A stretch of 31,365 bases of DNA from an uncultured archaeon (GTDB lineage Archaea; Iainarchaeota; Iainarchaeia; Iainarchaeales; DATDZZ01). Location: positions 100,898 through 132,262 of the forward strand of contig CAYJVY010000003.1 of assembly GCA_964373795.1 (NCBI GenBank). Direction: 5' to 3'. Below, piece after piece: positions 26,879 to 31,365 of this stretch (within the stretch, counting starts at the first letter, position 1; each line of letters opens with the position of its first letter). A program made the position numbers and the translations under genes. A model generated the notes under the pieces. It was not told the DNA's origin, ran no database searches, and saw nothing but the letters and a program-made list of their open reading frames with translations.

Positions 26879-27364
26879 ATGCCCCTTGTTGACATTGTTA
26901 ATGAATCTGATCAAGTAATTAAAAGTGTTGAATTAAGTGATCTTTCTAATTCAGACCTTTTTCGTGCAGCTTCTGTTTTTATTTTTAATGACAAAAATGA
27001 AATTCTTTTGCAATTGCGTTCTAAAAATGAATTGAATTTTCCTTTGCATTGGGATATTAGTGCAGCTGGAAAAGTTGATTCTGGTGAAAGTTATTTGGAA
27101 GCTGCAAAAAGGGAATTATTTGAAGAAATAGGGGTTGAAACTAACTTAAAGTTTGTTGACAAGTATTTATTTGAACCAGGTGATGGAAGAAAGTACTTTG
27201 CTTCTTTGTATAAAGGCAAATACTCTGGCAAAATTACAATTGATAAAAACGAAGTAGCGAAAGCAAAATTCTTCTCAATTGAAGAAATCAAACAAATGAT
27301 ATCCAAAGACGAAAAATTCCATCCAGAATGCTTGTATGCATTGAGAAAATATTTTTTAAAATAA
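26879..27364 (+). CDS. NUDIX hydrolase (IDI-like subgroup possible)
   Basis: Nudix box GKVDSGESYLEAAKRELFEEIGVE. Confidence 0.85.
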   Translation: MPLVDIVNESDQVIKSVELSDLSNSDLFRAASVFIFNDKNEILLQLRSKNELNFPLHWDISAAGKVDSGESYLEAAKRELFEEIGVETNLKFVDKYLFEPGDGRKYFASLYKGKYSGKITIDKNEVAKAKFFSIEEIKQMISKDEKFHPECLYALRKYFLK

Positions 27365-27373
27365 GGCAATCAA

Positions 27374-28123
27374 ATGACTGAATTAATTTCACTTGGCTTG
27401 GTTTTAGTAATTGGTTTGGTTACTGGTTTTTTTGATACAATTATTGGCGCAGGTGGATTGATTTCTGTTCCTGCTTTGATTTTTCTTGGCTTGCCTCCAC
27501 AAAATGCTATTGCAACTGACAGATTTGGATTACTTGGACAAACCTTGCCTACTTTGTACAAGTTCTGGAAAGCCAAAAAAATATTGTGGAAATACGTGCC
27601 AATTCTCACAGTCATTAGCTTGATTGGTTCAATTATTGGTGCAAATATTTTGCTTAACGTTGAGGGAAAAATTCTTCAAAGCATTATAGGAATTCTGCTG
27701 ATAATTCTTTTGCCTTTCATTTTCATAAAACAAGACATTGGAATCAAGCAAATTAAAGTCAGTGAATTCAAAAAGAAACTAGGCTTAGGAATTTATTTTC
27801 TAGTAATGATTTTTGCAGGGTTTTTTGGACAAGGAACATGGCCTTTCACAACCTATGCTTTGATTTTCTTCTTGGGTTTCACAATGCTGGAAACAATAGG
27901 AACAGGAGTAATTCCCTGGTTTGTGTTATCCTTGTCTTCAGTAATAATATTTGCACTCAGTGGAATAATTGACTACAAAATAGGAATTGTTTTACTAATT
28001 GGAATGGGAATTGGAAGTTACATTGGTGCACACGTGGCAATCAAGAAAGGAGATGCATGGCTAAAAGGAATATTTGTAGTGTTTGTGATTGTGTCTGCAG
28101 TGAAGCTATTGTTTTTTCCATGA
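27374..28123 (+). CDS. TauE/SafE (TSUP, DUF81) family membrane transporter
   Basis: Multi-pass membrane protein. GAGGLISVPALIFLGLPPQNAIATDRF is typical of the family. Confidence 0.8.
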   Translation: MTELISLGLVLVIGLVTGFFDTIIGAGGLISVPALIFLGLPPQNAIATDRFGLLGQTLPTLYKFWKAKKILWKYVPILTVISLIGSIIGANILLNVEGKILQSIIGILLIILLPFIFIKQDIGIKQIKVSEFKKKLGLGIYFLVMIFAGFFGQGTWPFTTYALIFFLGFTMLETIGTGVIPWFVLSLSSVIIFALSGIIDYKIGIVLLIGMGIGSYIGAHVAIKKGDAWLKGIFVVFVIVSAVKLLFFP

Positions 28124-28218
28124 GAAAATTTGGAAAACTAATTAGTGTAATCTATGCTAAAAAAATAAAAAAGAATTAGAAAAAATAGTTTGCAAAATTC
28201 TAAGTAAATAGAATTCGT

Positions 28219-28365
28219 TTACTGCCTTTTTGATTGGTAGCATTCTCTACAATAAACAGGTCTTCCTTCTTTTGGTTGGAAAGGCACTTGAGTTTGTTTT
28301 CCGCACTCAGAACAGACAGTATCATACATCTGTCTTTGTCCGCCGAAATCTCTTCCATAAGCCAT
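28219..28365 (-). CDS. 48-aa CxxC-x17-CxxC zinc-ribbon protein (below the track size cutoff)
   Basis: My translation: MAYGRDFGGQRQMYDTVCSECGKQTQVPFQPKEGRPVYCRECYQSKRQ. GGGTGA lies upstream. 32 of the last 39 residues are identical to the 16511-16654 product. Confidence 0.8.
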   Translation of the reverse strand: MAYGRDFGGQRQMYDTVCSECGKQTQVPFQPKEGRPVYCRECYQSKRQ

Positions 28366-28483
28366 TTCTTTTGTCACCCACTTTTACACTATACTACTCT
28401 TGACTAGAATCAGTAAACGAAGAAAACTTCTACACCGAGCTAGTAATTAAAGAGTACTTAATAAATAATAATTCAAGAAAAAG

Positions 28484-28496
28484 GTATTTAAATCTG
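28484..28496 (-). promoter_or_regulatory. Distal TATA element of zinc-ribbon unit 2
   Basis: CAGATTTAAATAC on the minus strand, 118 nt upstream of the ATG. Identical to 16783-16795. Confidence 0.5.
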
Positions 28497-28508
28497 ATCT
28501 TGGCCGAA

Positions 28509-29246
28509 TTATTTTTTCTTCAGCAAATTTTTTATCCTGGCTTTAATTACTAATTCTTTTTGTTCAGAAGAAAGAATAATGTATTGATCAATGAGAATTG
28601 GTAAAAGCTTTATTTCTGCTCTCCGCAAGTTTTCCTGAAAAGTGGAAAAACTTACTCCTGCTTTTTCAGCCAGTTCTTGAACAGAAATTTTTCTAGGATA
28701 AAAATAATAGCCATGTTTGTAGGCTAATTCCAATGCCTTTTTTTGTGCTGGAGGAATGTCGGGCAAAACATTAGGAAAATAAACATCCTTTAAATTGCCT
28801 TCAACAATTTTCTCAACTTCACACAAATCCATGTGTTCTTGTAACTGCTTAATGAACTCTGAAATGAATTCCTTATCCCAAGAAGCAACACTCCAACGCT
28901 CAAATTTCTCAGGAGAATTCACTACAGGTTTTGTAAGAATCAATCGTGAATCATAGTAGAGTTGAACATGTTCTCCGCCTTCAAACAATTCATATTCATA
29001 AGTAAAAACATCTCCTTCTACTTCAAGCCTTTTTATATGCAAATCCTTTTTCAGGTCGGCAAGGAATTTTTCTTTCATTCCTTCATCACCGTGAAAAAAA
29101 CAAATAGTTGTAACAAATTTCTTATTTCCTTGAGAATACCAAGTACTAGGATAAGAATAAACAGTTACCCCAAATTTTACTGCTCTGTTTACAATCGGGC
29201 AATCAGAATGATAAAGTTTCAAAACGGCTTGCCACATTTCAATCAA
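28509..29246 (-). CDS. Archaeal Bat-type HTH_10 transcriptional regulator
   Basis: C-terminal QKKALELAYKHGYYFYPRKISVQELAEKAGVSFSTFQENLRRAEIKLL matches the HTH_10 pattern. Confidence 0.75.
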   Translation of the reverse strand: MIEMWQAVLKLYHSDCPIVNRAVKFGVTVYSYPSTWYSQGNKKFVTTICFFHGDEGMKEKFLADLKKDLHIKRLEVEGDVFTYEYELFEGGEHVQLYYDSRLILTKPVVNSPEKFERWSVASWDKEFISEFIKQLQEHMDLCEVEKIVEGNLKDVYFPNVLPDIPPAQKKALELAYKHGYYFYPRKISVQELAEKAGVSFSTFQENLRRAEIKLLPILIDQYIILSSEQKELVIKARIKNLLKKK

Positions 29247-29278
29247 TCAAATATGTGTTTTTTTCTATTTAATTTTTA

Positions 29279-30811
29279 CTATCCTTTTCTAACAATTCCT
29301 TTCCTTAAATCCAATTCAATTCTGTCACCGTTCTTAAAAATCTTTGAAGCAATTCTTGTTCCAACAATGCAGGGAATTTTCAACTCGCGTGAAACAATTG
29401 CTGCATGACAAGTAATTCCTCCTTGTTCAGTAACAACTGCCTTGGCTTTTTTCATGAAAGGAATCATGTTAGGATTAGTTGAATAAGAAACCAAGATTTC
29501 ACCTTCCTGGATTTTAGAAGCCTCAGCAACACTCATAGCAATTCTTGCAATTCCTGAAACAACTTTATCATTTCCTGAAAAAGCCACCTGACCAGAAACC
29601 TCTTTAAGAGAATAATCTATTTCCTCTGGCAGAATTCTTTTTTCCTCATTTTCTGCTTTAATTCCTTCCAAAATTTCCACATTGGAATCCAAAACTCTGT
29701 AACCAACAAGTTTAATTCTAGAATTAGCAGTATCAGATAAATCAATTGCTTTACTGGAATTCAAGTTTGCAGAAATTTCTTCACGAGTAAAATAACGCAC
29801 TTGCTTCAAAGATAAATTCAAACGCTTTGCAATCTCTTTCTGCAAACCTTCAACAGCATAAAATGCATGGAAAAGAGTTTGCTTTCGAAGCTCTTTCTTA
29901 TACATAAAACCTTTTGCGATTGAAAACAGGTTTCTCCCAAAAGAATCAATTTTGTAAAACTCAAACAATTCATTTTGTTTTTGTAAAATATTTTTACCTT
30001 CATTTCTGACTTCCCATAATTTTTCTTCAAGACTGCCTTCAATAAATAAATTCTTGAGTTCCAAAACAAAATGCTCTAAAGGCAGAGAAGGCCCTTCATA
30101 GCCATAAGCAATCCAGCAAAAATTCTTCCAATGCTCTTCAATTCTCTTAAATTCCTGTAAATGAAACTCTTTCATATGAACAAGTATTTCTTCAACTGGT
30201 TTTTCAAAAAACATTTCAATTAATCCTGGTTTTGCTGAAAACTCTAAAGCAATTTCAAGAATTTCCTGTTTTTGTTTCCGCAAAAAAGTTGTCTCAAAAG
30301 GCGTGGAAAGCAAACCAATTAAACCAGCAACTGGTTCGTCAATTCCTTGCATCAAAAAATGTTTTTCTAAATAGTTTTTCAAAGCATTTGAAACATAACT
30401 AGATTTTGCATACTCCATTAAAGTAATCATCATTCCCCAAGTATTCAACTCAAAAATATGCTCACAGTAATTATTGAATTCATCTGCAAGAGCCTTGCTT
30501 GAATAATTTGAAAAGTCTTTATATTCGATTTCTTTAATGCATTTATCAAGCCTTGCGAGCAATAAATCAGTGTTCTTCATTATTTCAGGAAAAAAATCTT
30601 TTTTCACTATTTTTTCAAAAACAATTCTACCAATTTCTTCATACTGTTTTTGAATAACACATTCTTTCATAAAACCTTTTCTAACAATAAATAACATGTC
30701 AATGTTTTTACCCAGAATTGGTTCAAGCCTTTTACTCCAAGGCTCGACAAAAAAGTAAAAAGGAAACAAATCACAATTTCCTTCAGAATGCATTTCAATC
30801 CATTCACGCAT
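29279..30811 (-). CDS. PEP-utilising-enzyme mobile (phosphohistidine swivel) domain protein with a large unassigned helical N-terminal region
   Basis: C-terminal GGITCHAAIVSRELKIPCIVGT (compare PpsA GGRTCHAAI). I recognise no ATP-grasp or PEP-binding TIM domain. The first ATG gives MREWIEMH; the track start is TTG 30817. Confidence 0.7.
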   Translation of the reverse strand: MREWIEMHSEGNCDLFPFYFFVEPWSKRLEPILGKNIDMLFIVRKGFMKECVIQKQYEEIGRIVFEKIVKKDFFPEIMKNTDLLLARLDKCIKEIEYKDFSNYSSKALADEFNNYCEHIFELNTWGMMITLMEYAKSSYVSNALKNYLEKHFLMQGIDEPVAGLIGLLSTPFETTFLRKQKQEILEIALEFSAKPGLIEMFFEKPVEEILVHMKEFHLQEFKRIEEHWKNFCWIAYGYEGPSLPLEHFVLELKNLFIEGSLEEKLWEVRNEGKNILQKQNELFEFYKIDSFGRNLFSIAKGFMYKKELRKQTLFHAFYAVEGLQKEIAKRLNLSLKQVRYFTREEISANLNSSKAIDLSDTANSRIKLVGYRVLDSNVEILEGIKAENEEKRILPEEIDYSLKEVSGQVAFSGNDKVVSGIARIAMSVAEASKIQEGEILVSYSTNPNMIPFMKKAKAVVTEQGGITCHAAIVSRELKIPCIVGTRIASKIFKNGDRIELDLRKGIVRKG

Positions 30812-30968
30812 AAGCAAATTGCGTAAACAAAACTAAAGAAGATTTTTCCGATACTTATCGGGGAAATATAAACGCAATTTCCTGGATGAAAGGAAAATTA
30901 CTCTAAAAATGTTTAAAAACAGTTTTTAGGAGAAAGTAATTCAGCAATTCTTTATAGAGGGAAACATA

Positions 30969-31365
30969 ATGGATAAAGACATAGTAGCTAAACTTCAGAA
31001 ACTGTTTGAGGATTATGTTCATGAAGCTAAATGAATTGAGTTTTGGTATGCAAGAGACTTACAGAATCTTTTAGGATATGACAAGTGGGAGAACTTTGCC
31101 AATGTTATTGAGAAAGCAAAAATCTCTTGCAAGAGTCAGAGCATGACATAAATGGCCATTTTCCTGAAGTCGGGAAAATGGTAAATCTTGGCTCGGATGC
31201 AAAGAGGGAAATAAATGATTTCATGCTTACAAGGTATGCTTGTTACATTATTGCACAAAATGGCGACCCTAGAAAAGAAGAGATTGCTTTTGCACAAATT
31301 ATTGGACGAATTTTGGAAGGGCACAAACAAGTTAACAAAATTATGAAAATAATGGTGTGCGAGTA
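30969..31365 (+). pseudogene. dinD: Decayed dinD-like (DNA-damage-inducible protein D / BRO-N-like) gene, running to the window edge
   Basis: Three frames joined give MDKDIVAKLQKLFEDYVHEAK-(TGA)-IEFWYARDLQNLLGYDKWENFANVIEKAKISCKSQ-(1-nt frameshift)-HDINGHFPEVGKMVNLGSDAKREINDFMLTRYACYIIAQNGDP. This parallels E. coli DinD as I recall it (...RYACYLVVQNGDP). Confidence 0.65.

Larger units (their letters stand above)
28159..28496 (-). repeat. Copy 2 of the diverged ~340-bp zinc-ribbon unit
   Basis: See 16446-16795. Same order of conserved blocks and same orientation, 11.7 kb away. Confidence 0.8.

Noticed and set aside
16511-28365. The two zinc-ribbon units as terminal direct repeats of an 11.7-kb integrated element
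   Set aside because: The copies are only moderately similar (roughly three quarters identity in the CDS by eye). Each is a complete expressed-looking gene unit. No integrase, transposase or tRNA target is seen between or beside them.
30969-31365. In-frame TGA at a conserved Gly position as evidence for TGA=Gly recoding (genetic code 25) or another alternative code
   Set aside because: Several well-supported genes in the window end at TGA with natural lengths and tight downstream coupling (hepT 444, coaBC 2091, panE 2965, coaW 9921). The same dinD-like gene also carries a frameshift. Decay is therefore the simpler explanation.

Overview
AT-rich, gene-dense 31.4-kb window. Expression signals are archaeal in style: BRE/TATA boxes such as GGAAAACT+ATTTAAAT lie 20-45 nt upstream of starts, Shine-Dalgarno sites are GGTGA/GGAGG, and many gene junctions overlap by 1-14 nt. 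A Bat/HTH_10 regulator is also archaeal in type, yet several metabolic genes are bacterial in type. I infer a small-genome, DPANN-like archaeon, but no rRNA or tRNA is present to confirm this. Content from left to right: (i) a HepT-MNT toxin-antitoxin cassette bracketed by a perfect 24-bp direct repeat. (ii) A pantothenate/CoA cluster, coaBC-panE-panB ... panC-coaW(type II PanK)-cupin. It is interrupted by a HEAT-repeat ORF, an orphan hicB-like cassette bracketed by a 26-bp duplication of the purA 3' end, purA, purB, and an ORFan translationally coupled to purB. (iii) A tandem family of four ORFans (10268-12989, minus strand) sharing an Arg/His-rich N-terminal module. (iv) A secreted M1-like zinc metalloprotease with a Lys-rich repeat tail. 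(v) A run of ORFans and enzymes (helical proteins, HTH-LAGLIDADG, GNAT, methyltransferase-like) that nearly all carry an Arg/Lys-rich N-terminal tail. (vi) An island of secreted and membrane proteins, including a permuted-papain (PPPDE/LRAT-like) protein. (vii) HD, Nudix, TauE, an HTH_10 regulator, a PEP-utilising swivel-domain protein, and a decayed dinD-like pseudogene. Two paralogous 47/48-aa CxxC...CxxC zinc-ribbon genes, too short for the ORF track, sit inside diverged ~340-bp repeat units. I saw no CRISPR array, transposase, integrase, tRNA or rRNA. The best candidates for something undescribed are the Arg/His-rich four-gene family together with the window-wide basic N-terminal leader, and the TA-type cassettes bracketed by direct repeats at gene 3' ends. 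All functional readings of these are inference from sequence reading only; no searches were run.
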